Of a stretch of 64,000 nucleotides of DNA, positions 18,367-26,406 are shown one piece after another (the first letter of the stretch is position 1; every line of letters starts with the position of its first letter). This DNA is from an uncultured Alphaproteobacteria bacterium (GTDB lineage: Bacteria > Pseudomonadota > Alphaproteobacteria > Rs-D84), in assembly GCA_947646585.1 (NCBI GenBank), contig CANSHD010000002.1, positions 136,997 through 200,996 on the forward strand, read 5' to 3'. Both the position numbers and the translations under genes were made by a program. Below the pieces are notes generated by a model, which was not told the DNA's origin, made no database searches, and was given only the letters and a program-made list of their open reading frames with translations.

Positions 18367-18623
18367 ACAAGCGTGTGCTTTCAATATATAATTTATTACG
18401 TCGGCGGGTGTTCCGTCGGCGGGGTGTCAGAACCTCTGCTTTGGCGTCAGACAAAAGTGGCGCGACGCGCCTTTTTTGATATGACGAAAAACAAACTCCT
18501 GAACCGCGGGTCAGGAGGGTTGCGAATATATTGAATAAGCACACAATTCCAAAGATTGTTCTGAACCTCCTGACCACCAAATTTTGGTGGTTTTTTCGTT
18601 TCGAAAAACAGGAGAAAAGAATA
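18366..18623 (+). promoter_or_regulatory. Type A structured leader, copy 1: candidate riboswitch or attenuator
   Basis: Promoter-like tatataat, then three mutually exclusive hairpins. P1 is ctcctgaaccgcgggtcaggag (18497-18518). The antiterminator pairs ggtcaggagg with cctcctgacc (18567-18576). The terminator is ccaccaaattttggtgg followed by T6 (18576-18596), about 12 nt before the RBS caggag. The element is about 90% identical to 60599..60865. Confidence 0.65.
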
Positions 18624-19112
18624 ATGAAACCAAAACTTTTTATGTCGGTCATATTATGTTCGACCGCCGTTAATACATGTTACGCACTTGGTACCACAAA
18701 ACTGTGCTGTGATATGGTCCATGTGGAGGGGAGGCCATGTAAATGTTATGCAGACTCGTCCGGCAGTTGTGCGCACTGCTCTGTCAGTGGCGGTGGTTGT
18801 ACAGACTGTGACAGTACCGATTGGGCGCCGACCGGCACCGCCGGATATGAATCCAGAATCAACGCGCTGTGCATGCTTATGACCGGAAAGTGCAACAAAA
18901 CGACAGAATATCGGTGCGCCGCCGGGTATTATGGGAAAAGCATGAACGGAACGTCCGGGTGTACGCGCTGTCCGTCGTCGGGCGGCGTATATGGTACAAA
19001 TACGGCCGGCGAGAATACCGACATAACGTCGTGCTGTATCCCTGCGAACAGGACAATGACCGATACAAAGGGAACATTTACGTTTACCGATGAATGCTGT
19101 TATTCAAATTAA
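18624..19112 (+). CDS. Small secreted Cys-rich protein, family member A1 (GCC2/GCC3 or ephrin-receptor-like C-terminal module)
   Basis: Signal peptide MKPKLFMSVILCSTAVNTCYA. Conserved C-terminal EYRCAAGYYG..NGTSGCTRCPSSGGVYGT...C shared with five paralogs in the window. Confidence 0.7.
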   Translation: MKPKLFMSVILCSTAVNTCYALGTTKLCCDMVHVEGRPCKCYADSSGSCAHCSVSGGGCTDCDSTDWAPTGTAGYESRINALCMLMTGKCNKTTEYRCAAGYYGKSMNGTSGCTRCPSSGGVYGTNTAGENTDITSCCIPANRTMTDTKGTFTFTDECCYSN

Positions 19113-19137
19113 AAAAACGCCGCAAGGCGTTTTTTAA
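19111..19137. terminator. Bidirectional terminator
   Basis: aaaaaaacgccgcaaggcgtttttt. Confidence 0.6.
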
Positions 19138-20018
19138 ACTATTCTGCGGCGGATGCTGGCGTACATTGCGTATCCAATCAGCAGCGCCATTATCAAAACA
19201 AAAATAACCCATCCAATTCGGCCGTCGTCGGCAAACGGTAATTTTACGTTCATTCCGTAATAACCGACCACAATCGTGGGCGCAATTAATATAATGTTCC
19301 ACATGGTCAAACGGTTAATGTAAGTGTTCGAGTCCATGTTAATCACGCTTTCAAATGTTTCCTTGATGGATTTCAGCATCTTGCTGTAACTGGTCACGAC
19401 CTCGGTCGCCTGGGCCAGCTCGATACGGGCATCCTCGGCCAGTTCCTGGGCGTCTTCGGTTTTTACAAAGCCGCGGACTTTTTCCAGTTTATCCAGCACG
19501 GCGACATTGCCCTTTATACCCGCCATATACAGGGTATAGCTGTTTTCCACCTCAAGCAACGCCATCAAATCTTTCTTGCGAATGCGTTCCTGCAGGGCCT
19601 TTTTGGACTCAACCACGCGCTTGTTCAATTCTTTTAGAAAGCGCAGGTATGATTCCGCGATATAGTAGATTATGTTTAAAATAAACTCTTCGCGGGACGT
19701 CTTTTCCGATTTTTTTATCTTGTCCAACAGGTCACAGCGCTTGCGACATACAGTTATAACGCGGTTTGACGAATAAATGATTGACAAGGGCTCCGTATGC
19801 CAAACGGTGTCCGTTTCGCGGTTTATAATTGGAAAGCGGACGATTATAACCTTGTAATCGTCTTCGATTTCCAGGCGCGGCTGTTCGTCCGGGTCCAAGA
19901 TGTCCAGGATATTATCCTCGTCAATCTTGTATTCCGTGCGCAGCTTTTCAAAATCATGATGATCGGGATTGCCGACATTTACCCAAGAGAATGTCTTTAA
20001 TTTTTCCGTCACAAACAT
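19134..20018 (-). CDS. corA: CorA-family Mg2+/Co2+ transporter
   Basis: 294 aa. GMN motif within the C-terminal two-TM region (GYYGMNVKLP). Noticeably more AT-rich than its neighbours. Confidence 0.85.
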   Translation of the reverse strand: MFVTEKLKTFSWVNVGNPDHHDFEKLRTEYKIDEDNILDILDPDEQPRLEIEDDYKVIIVRFPIINRETDTVWHTEPLSIIYSSNRVITVCRKRCDLLDKIKKSEKTSREEFILNIIYYIAESYLRFLKELNKRVVESKKALQERIRKKDLMALLEVENSYTLYMAGIKGNVAVLDKLEKVRGFVKTEDAQELAEDARIELAQATEVVTSYSKMLKSIKETFESVINMDSNTYINRLTMWNIILIAPTIVVGYYGMNVKLPFADDGRIGWVIFVLIMALLIGYAMYASIRRRIV

Positions 20019-20160
20019 TTCATTCTCCTTTGGTTAAAAGCCTTTGTATTTTACCCCCGAAAAAAGAAAAAATCAACAAATGGTGGGAATAAAAAACCGT
20101 TCACGCCAATATTGTAAAAATGCTAGAATATTTGTAATATCAAACGAAGGAGAGACTCTT

Positions 20161-20607
20161 ATGGCGTATCAGACAAATTCTTTTTCCATTGCGCATTACA
20201 TACTGCTTATATGCATGGTTGTCCTGTGCGGGGGCGTTGTCGCATATGCGATAATACATGACACCGGCCGCCATGACGAGAATATCGTTCCCATGCCGAT
20301 GCCGACCCAGCCCGCCGCCCCGGCGGCGACCCAGCCAGATACCTGCGCCCAGACCGTTACCAACGCGGTCGCCCAGATGTGGGCGTACAACCCCGACGTT
20401 ATTCCGGTAAAATACAAGGACATTGCCATGGCGTATTACACCGGGCCGGTTAACACCACCATACGCGGCGAATGCAACGGCGTACGATTTGTATGCCGGG
20501 AGGGCGCACGCCGTGCGGACTGTGACCCGTGCGCGGCCGGCGGTGCGCGCGACTATGCGATATCACTGCAGACGCGCGATATGATAAAAAAGCACTGTGG
20601 CGAATAA
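20161..20607 (+). CDS. Membrane-anchored Cys-rich hypothetical protein
   Basis: Start taken at MAYQTNSFSIAHYILLICMVVLCGGVVAYAII (N-terminal TM). C-terminus has 6 Cys. Confidence 0.5.
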   Translation: MAYQTNSFSIAHYILLICMVVLCGGVVAYAIIHDTGRHDENIVPMPMPTQPAAPAATQPDTCAQTVTNAVAQMWAYNPDVIPVKYKDIAMAYYTGPVNTTIRGECNGVRFVCREGARRADCDPCAAGGARDYAISLQTRDMIKKHCGE

Positions 20608-20653
20608 AAAATATTGTTTTTAATAATATTATCGGTTATATTATCCGACATGT

Positions 20654-20730
20654 CGGGGTGTAGCTCAGTCTGGTAGAGTACTTGCATGGGGTGCAAGGGG
20701 TCGTAGGTTCGAATCCTGTCACCCCGACCA
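20654..20730 (+). tRNA. tRNA-Pro (anticodon GGG)
   Basis: Acceptor cggggtg/caccccg. Anticodon stem cttgc/gcaag with loop atGGGgt. T-loop ttcgaat. CCA encoded. Confidence 0.85.
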
Positions 20731-20770
20731 AAAATTAAATCGGCCTTGTGCCGGTTCCAACCAAAAATTC

Positions 20771-20797
20771 AACCGTCGCGCCTGCGGCGGTTTTTCT
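20771..20797 (+). terminator. Terminator after tRNA-Pro
   Basis: accgtcgcgcctgcggcggttttt. Confidence 0.5.
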
Positions 20798-20897
20798 GTG
20801 TGGAATACATGCATATTGTTGTTTTGGGGACCGTGCGGTAAAATTGGTGCTGTCCGGACACAAACAAAATCAACACTTAAACCAAAAGGAAAAAAAT

Positions 20898-21005
20898 ATG
20901 TGTAATTGTGATAAAAAACAATGCAAGAACTGTAGCAGTGCCATGGGCGAAAAGAAAAACAAAACACCTGAGAACAGTAAAAAAACGTCCTGCGACCACA
21001 AATAG
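20898..21005 (+). CDS. 35-aa Cys-rich peptide, metallothionein-like candidate
   Basis: MCNCDKKQCKNCSSAMGEKKNKTPENSKKTSCDHK. RBS aaaagga lies 8 nt upstream. A strong terminator follows immediately. Confidence 0.45.
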   Translation: MCNCDKKQCKNCSSAMGEKKNKTPENSKKTSCDHK

Positions 21006-21013
21006 GCAAGAAG

Positions 21014-21042
21014 ACACCGGCGGAAAACGCCGGTGTTTTTTG
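21014..21042 (+). terminator. Intrinsic terminator
   Basis: acaccggcggaaaacgccggtgtttttt. Confidence 0.7.
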
Positions 21043-21122
21043 CGTTCCATTTTCTGCTTGCACGAATCGGAAAATTGTTATTAGTATGCGCGAGAAGCAC
21101 TTAAATCAAAGGAGCTTATCGA

Positions 21123-21500
21123 ATGATAATTGGCATTGGGATTGATTTGGTGGAATGCGGCCGCTTTTTGGACTGGTCCGCCTTTAAAAAACAGCGGATT
21201 TTTACAAAAAAGGAATTGGAGTATGCCGACGCTGACAGCGCGAATGCGGAAAAGCATCTGGCGAATTGCTGGGCCGCGCGCGAGGCGTGTCTGAAGGCGC
21301 TGGGGACCGGGTTCGGCGAAGACATTGCGTTTTCCGATGTGTCGGTGACACACAATGAGGCGGGATGCCCCGAGTTGTTGATTGCCGGCGGCGCCCGTGC
21401 AAAATTAAAAGAATTGGCCGGCGGGGATGCGCGTCTGCATCTGTCGATTACCGACCAGGACGATTATTCCGCCGCAATAGTGGTAATTGAAAAGATTTAA
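21123..21500 (+). CDS. acpS: Holo-[acyl-carrier-protein] synthase
   Basis: MIIGIGIDLVECGRF... The 125-aa length and N-terminus are typical of AcpS. Confidence 0.85.
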   Translation: MIIGIGIDLVECGRFLDWSAFKKQRIFTKKELEYADADSANAEKHLANCWAAREACLKALGTGFGEDIAFSDVSVTHNEAGCPELLIAGGARAKLKELAGGDARLHLSITDQDDYSAAIVVIEKI

Positions 21501-21505
21501 CAAAA

Positions 21506-21536
21506 ATCCCCGCGTCCGCGGGGATTTTTAATTTTA
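21506..21536. terminator. Bidirectional terminator between acpS and adk
   Basis: atccccgcgtccgcggggattttt. Confidence 0.7.
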
Positions 21537-22097
21537 CTTCACTTTTTGAGATTTCATTGCGTTTAAGATGCGCGCGAAATTCTCGTCAACGGGGCCGGTG
21601 ACGTCCACGTCCGAGAACTTGATTCTCGGTGCGGTGCGCAGCCATTCAATCGCCGGCATCGTAATCTGCCAGAACGTATCCAGACGACGACGTACCGCGG
21701 CGGCGTCCGCATCATCGGCACGACCGCCACCCTCGTTGATGCGCTTGTTAATGCGCTTTATCATGATTTCTTCGGGCACGTCCAGATACAGAATATGAAT
21801 TGCGAATTTGTCCGCATAATTCCGTACCAGCCACTGGGCCTGGGGCGTGGTGCGCGGAAAGCCGTCAATCAACAGGTCTTTTTCATCGGTAATCTTTGAT
21901 GCGACCAGTTTGTACAGCTCTGCGTCCGGGACCAGATTGCCCGCCGCAATCAATTTTGCAATCGCGGAATCTGCCGGCAGAGAACGGAACATTGCGCCCG
22001 TTTCAATATAGTTGTAATCGTGACGGTCGCGCAGCATTTTTGAAAAAGTGCCCTTGCCCACTCCCTGGCCCCCCATCAGCACAATCATGTCTTTCAT
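21534..22097 (-). CDS. adk: Adenylate kinase, short form without zinc lid
   Basis: P-loop GGQGVGKGT, TGAMFR, and DGFPRTTPQAQ (the DGFPRT motif is specific to Adk). Cytidylate kinase is the less likely alternative. Confidence 0.7.
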   Translation of the reverse strand: MKDMIVLMGGQGVGKGTFSKMLRDRHDYNYIETGAMFRSLPADSAIAKLIAAGNLVPDAELYKLVASKITDEKDLLIDGFPRTTPQAQWLVRNYADKFAIHILYLDVPEEIMIKRINKRINEGGGRADDADAAAVRRRLDTFWQITMPAIEWLRTAPRIKFSDVDVTGPVDENFARILNAMKSQKVK

Positions 22098-22140
22098 TTT
22101 GTTCGCCTTTGGAATTTAAAAGGGGCGGATGCCCCTTTTA

Positions 22141-23829
22141 TTATTTTTTGCTGTTCTCTATCGCAGCGCCCAAGATGTCGCCCAGAACCGAGCCGCTGTC
22201 GGCCTGGTTGGCGTATTCTTTGACCGCCTGCTTTTCCAGCGTTACCTGCAACGCGCGGATAGACAGCTTTACCGTGTTGCCCTCAACGGAAACAACAGAC
22301 GCTTCCACCGTGTCGCCGACATGGAACTTGTTTGTGTCCTGTTCGGCTTTTTCACGCGACAGGTCCGTGCGACGGATAACACCGCGGATTTCGTTCGGCA
22401 GAGCCAAAATCAGCTCGTCCGGGGTTACCTCGGAAACGGTGCCGGAAACAACAGCGCCCTTCTTGATGGCGATGTTCTTGCTGTCCGCGCTTTCCGTCAG
22501 CTGCTTGATACCCAGTGTGACGCGTTCTTTTTCCGGATTGATGTCCAGAATCTTTGCGGTCACTTCCTGGCCGCGAACGAACTTTTTCAGTTCTTCTTCG
22601 TCCAGCTTGTTCCAAGACAGGTCGGAAATGTGAACCATACCGTCCAGTTCCGGTGTCAATGCAACGAACAGACCGAATTCGGTTGTGTTCTTAATCGGGC
22701 CCGTGACAACGTCGCCGACATTGTGTGTTTCAGCAAACTGTTTCCAGGGGTTCGGCTGCAACTGCTTGTAACCCAGCGAGATGCGGCGCTTTTCCTGGTC
22801 GATGCCCAGAACCACAACGTTCACATCCTGGCCGTTCTGCAGAACCTTGCTCGGGTGAATGTTTTTGTTTGTCCAGGACAGTTCAGACATGTGAACCAAG
22901 CCTTCGATATTGTTGCCCAGGTCGATGAATGCACCGTAATCCGTCAGAGAAGATACCTTGCCGGAGATTGTATCGCCAACGTTGAACGCGCGGGACGCCG
23001 TATCCCACGGGTCCGCTTCCAACTGTTTCGCGCCCAGGGAAATACGATGGGATTCCGGGTCAAACTGAATAACCTTAACCTTAATCTTCTGGCCGACGTG
23101 AACCAGTTCACGCGGGTGGTTAACGCGCTTCCAGGACAGGTCTGTGACGTGCAGCAGGCCGTCGATTCCGCCCAGGTCAACAAACACACCGTAATCCGTG
23201 ATGTTCTTAACAGTCCCCTCGATAACCGCGCCCAGTGTGATGTTTTTCATCGCTTCTTTCTGGGCCGCCGCGATGGAGTCAGACTGAATCGCGCGACGGG
23301 AAACGATTGCGTTTGTGCGCAGCGCGTCCATTTTCAATACGCGGAACTTGTCCTTCAGACCGATTAACGATTTCGCATCGCGAACCGGTTTGTGGTCAAC
23401 CTGAGAAGACGGCATGAATGCGAATACGCCGCCCAGGTCAACTGTAAAGCCGCCACGAACAACGTCGATAATCGTGCCCTCGGGGTCGATACCCTCGGCA
23501 ACTGTCTTTTCCAGGTCTTTCCATGCTTTTTCGGCGCGCGCCTTGGTATAGGACAGAACAGCCGTGCCTTCGCGGGATTCATAGCGTTCTACGAAAACGT
23601 CGATGATATCGCCGACAGAGGGAACGGATGCGCCGAATTCTTTCAACGGAACGCGACCTTCGGATTTGAGCCCTACGTCAACCATTGCGAAATCACCGCG
23701 AATGTCTTTGACAGTACCCTTGGTTGCATAACCCTGCAGCGTTTCCTGAGCGCCATAGTTCGCGTCGAACATTTTGACGAAGTCTTCGCCGGACAGGGGG
23801 TTAAATAAATCTTTGGATAAATCTTTCAT
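22141..23829 (-). CDS. rpsA: 30S ribosomal protein S1
   Basis: 562 aa with repeated S1 domains. Confidence 0.95.
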   Translation of the reverse strand: MKDLSKDLFNPLSGEDFVKMFDANYGAQETLQGYATKGTVKDIRGDFAMVDVGLKSEGRVPLKEFGASVPSVGDIIDVFVERYESREGTAVLSYTKARAEKAWKDLEKTVAEGIDPEGTIIDVVRGGFTVDLGGVFAFMPSSQVDHKPVRDAKSLIGLKDKFRVLKMDALRTNAIVSRRAIQSDSIAAAQKEAMKNITLGAVIEGTVKNITDYGVFVDLGGIDGLLHVTDLSWKRVNHPRELVHVGQKIKVKVIQFDPESHRISLGAKQLEADPWDTASRAFNVGDTISGKVSSLTDYGAFIDLGNNIEGLVHMSELSWTNKNIHPSKVLQNGQDVNVVVLGIDQEKRRISLGYKQLQPNPWKQFAETHNVGDVVTGPIKNTTEFGLFVALTPELDGMVHISDLSWNKLDEEELKKFVRGQEVTAKILDINPEKERVTLGIKQLTESADSKNIAIKKGAVVSGTVSEVTPDELILALPNEIRGVIRRTDLSREKAEQDTNKFHVGDTVEASVVSVEGNTVKLSIRALQVTLEKQAVKEYANQADSGSVLGDILGAAIENSKK

Positions 23830-24003
23830 AAAGAATGTTATACAAAGCTTGCCATCGCCAAATTATTTTTGAAACAGCGAGGTCTTGTGGGGTTAATCGG
23901 ACTGATTCTGCGCCCACCCGCAAAATCTGAGTAATTATACGGACCTTTTTATGAAAAAGCAAGAATTTTGTTGACAAATACTATGCGTGCCGTATGCATA
24001 AAT

Positions 24004-24029
24004 AAAAAACGCCATGCGGCGTTTTTTTA
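24004..24029. terminator. Bidirectional terminator
   Basis: aaaaaacgccatgcggcgttttttt. Confidence 0.6.
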
Positions 24030-24662
24030 ATTTTTGTAATAGCAGTCGCCGGTATAAGTGCCGGAGCCAGCGGCGTCACTGAACGCGGTTCCCGATGGCA
24101 GATAGCATGCGGTTATGGCCGTGCTGCCTGCGGCGGACGTGCCGTAAATGCCGCCGGATGCCGGACAGCGCGTACAGCCGGACGTGCCGTTTGACGTTGT
24201 GCCGTAATATCCCGCCGCACAGCGGTATTCCGTGCCGGTGGTTAACGTACCGTTGCAACTGCATTTCTTGACGGTGCGCTTTTCATATCCGGTACTGTGT
24301 GCCGTCCATGCGCCCGTGCTTGCGCCGCTGCAGCTTTTGCATTTCGCACAGCGGTTGTTTATACAGCCATATGATATACTGCCGCCACAGTCGCTGTCGG
24401 AATAGCAGCCGCATGTGAATGTAATTGTTTTGTTGAACTGTGCGTCAATACAGTTGCATGAATATGACCCTCCTTTGCCGCTGCCGCACATGAATGTGCC
24501 CAGGGTATCATCCCATGTCTCGTCCAGACAGGCGCCGGTATCGCATATGCAACTGCCGCTGCCACCGTCCGAGCATGGAATGTTATATCCGTCGTATGCG
24601 CTTGCGGTCGCATTTATACATATTGCGCCCAGCGCTCCGATAAACACTGCCTTTGTATTCAT
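24027..24662 (-). CDS. Secreted Cys-rich protein, family member B1 (211 aa)
   Basis: Signal peptide. C-terminal TEYRCAAGYYGTTSNGTSGCTRCPASGGIYGTSAAGSTAITACYLPSGTAFSDAAGSGTYTGDCYYKN, nearly identical to the C-terminus of 25860..26363. Confidence 0.7.
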   Translation of the reverse strand: MNTKAVFIGALGAICINATASAYDGYNIPCSDGGSGSCICDTGACLDETWDDTLGTFMCGSGKGGSYSCNCIDAQFNKTITFTCGCYSDSDCGGSISYGCINNRCAKCKSCSGASTGAWTAHSTGYEKRTVKKCSCNGTLTTGTEYRCAAGYYGTTSNGTSGCTRCPASGGIYGTSAAGSTAITACYLPSGTAFSDAAGSGTYTGDCYYKN

Positions 24663-24950
24663 TATCCCAACTCCTTTTTTCCTTTTGTGTTGATAAAGAA
24701 AAAAACCGCCAAGGAAATGGCGGTCGGGGAGTTAAGAAAATCATAATTGAAAATGACCCCGGCGGTCTTTGGGCGCGTATGCGCCCTGTTCTATAACCGA
24801 CGGCTCCCCGACCGGTTAAGGACAGGGTATGTACAATAAAAGGCGCCAATGCGCCGCAACTGTACCTTGCGGATTCAGCCGGTTGCCCGACCGTTCAATT
24901 ATGGGTTTTCTTACGACCCCGAACCCAATATCCCTTTGGATTCGTTTATG
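24663..24950 (-). promoter_or_regulatory. Type B structured leader, copy 1 (inverted relative to 25560..25859)
   Basis: The reverse complement aligns with 25560-25859 at about 85-90% identity. It carries the same hairpins: ccccga/tcgggg, ggtcggggag/ctccccgacc, and the terminator accgccatttccttggcggtttt. Confidence 0.6.
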
Positions 24951-25018
24951 ATTATAAATTATGCGGGCGGGGTTTGCAATATAAAAACACCCGCCGGACG
25001 GCGGGTGCAATCGTGTGT

Positions 25019-25474
25019 TTATCGCGGGATGATTCTGGCGCGGTCGCCATAATTCGCGTCCAGGACATACACCGCCTGGCCGACCGAGAATTTTACGTCG
25101 GCGCCCTGGGTTAATGTAATCGCCTTGCCGGTGTCCAGTTTTACGATATATTCATATCCGTTTTGTGCGGACAGGCCTTCCTGGGCCTTGGCACCCAACG
25201 CGCCGCCCAAAACCGCGCCGCCAACCGCGCCGATAATGTTCACCGCGCTGTTGCCGCCAATCATGGAACCGGCCGCCCCGCCCGCGATTCCGCCGGCCAG
25301 CGACCCGACGCCGCCGTTTTCGGTTGCAACGCGAACCTCGCGCACGTTGATAATGGTGCCCTCTTGTACAGAGTTAATCTGTCCCGTGGCCGATGTCTGA
25401 TAACGGTTTGTATCCAAATTCGCCGCGCATGCGGTTAATGCAACGGTGCAAAATATAGCCAGAACTTTTTTCAT
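25019..25474 (-). CDS. Outer-membrane lipoprotein, SlyB / 17-kDa-antigen-like glycine zipper
   Basis: Lipobox LTAC. Gly-zipper GSLAGGIAGGAAGSMIGG...GAVGGAVLGGALG. Confidence 0.7.
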   Translation of the reverse strand: MKKVLAIFCTVALTACAANLDTNRYQTSATGQINSVQEGTIINVREVRVATENGGVGSLAGGIAGGAAGSMIGGNSAVNIIGAVGGAVLGGALGAKAQEGLSAQNGYEYIVKLDTGKAITLTQGADVKFSVGQAVYVLDANYGDRARIIPR

Positions 25475-25559
25475 TTATTCGCTCCTTTTCTGATAAAATT
25501 ATAGCCGTGTTTTTATGTGATTGCAACCGACAAAAAATCACCGTATTTTAGATTGCCTT

Positions 25560-25859
25560 TATCGTGGTTATGCGCTATAATCTGCCTGAATTCAATAGGG
25601 ATATTGGATTCGGGGTCGTCAAAAAGCCCACACAAAAGCGGTATGTGAACGCATGCTGTATCCGCATATATTGCGGCGCGATTGCGCCCTTTATTGTATA
25701 TGCCCCGATTTTAACAGGTCGGGGAGCCGTCGGTTATATAACAGGACGCCATGCGTCCAAAGACCGCCGGGGTCATTCTTTTGTGTGATTTTTTGAACTC
25801 CCCGACCGCCATTTCCTTGGCGGTTTTGTGTTTGATATAAAACCAAGGGGTCAAAAATC
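25560..25859 (+). promoter_or_regulatory. Type B structured leader, copy 2
   Basis: Contains hairpin ggacgccatgcgtcc. The antiterminator pairs ggtcggggag with ctccccgacc. The terminator is accgccatttccttggcgg followed by a T-run, about 25 nt before the ATG. Confidence 0.6.
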
Positions 25860-26363
25860 ATGAAAAAATTAACAACATCGGTATTGCTGGTTTTCGCCGG
25901 TATGTTGGGCGATGCGCATGCTGAGTTTAGCTGCTGTGGCGGTGCCAATGTGCCGGTTGGTGCGAATCCGACATACGACAGCAGCTGTACAACCAAGGTC
26001 AGTGGCGAAACATTGTTTGATAATGCGGGATGCTGCGCCTCCGGTTCGATAACCAGTACGACAAATGGTGTCATATCGACCAGAACATGTACAACAAGAG
26101 CCAGTTATAACAGTTTAACGAATACGGTCAGTGCAATCTGTAGTTGCGGTACGGCAACATATAAATGTGCGGTTGGATATTATGGCAGTCCAAAGAATGC
26201 CTCATCGGGTTGTACGCGATGCCCGGCGTCGGGCGGTGTTTACGGTACCACGGCCGCGGCCGGCGCCACGTCAATAACCAAATGTTATCTGCCGTCCGGC
26301 ACGGCGTTCAGTGATACCGCCGGCAGTGGCGAATACACCGGAAACTGTTATTATGTTGAGTGA
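25860..26363 (+). CDS. Secreted Cys-rich protein, family member B2 (167 aa)
   Basis: Signal peptide MKKLTTSVLLVFAGMLGDAHA. C-terminal module conserved with B1. Confidence 0.7.
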   Translation: MKKLTTSVLLVFAGMLGDAHAEFSCCGGANVPVGANPTYDSSCTTKVSGETLFDNAGCCASGSITSTTNGVISTRTCTTRASYNSLTNTVSAICSCGTATYKCAVGYYGSPKNASSGCTRCPASGGVYGTTAAAGATSITKCYLPSGTAFSDTAGSGEYTGNCYYVE

Positions 26364-26395
26364 AAAAAATCCCGCCATCAGGCGGGATTTTTTTG
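26364..26395. terminator. Bidirectional terminator between B2 and tig
   Basis: aaaaaaatcccgccatcaggcgggatttttttg. Confidence 0.7.
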
Positions 26396-26406
26396 ATGCT
26401 TATTTT

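Noticed and set aside
18481-18534. Possible leader peptide MTKNKLLNRGSGGLRIY overlapping hairpin P1 of the type A leader
   Set aside because: The ATG is not conserved in the second copy (gcgacg at 60719), and there is no RBS. The conserved downstream frame (NKHTI.KIVLNLLTT) has no credible start. An RNA-structure mechanism is more consistent.
22129-23367. 412-aa plus ORF
   Set aside because: Lies antisense inside rpsA. Composition is non-protein-like (Arg/Val/Phe-rich).
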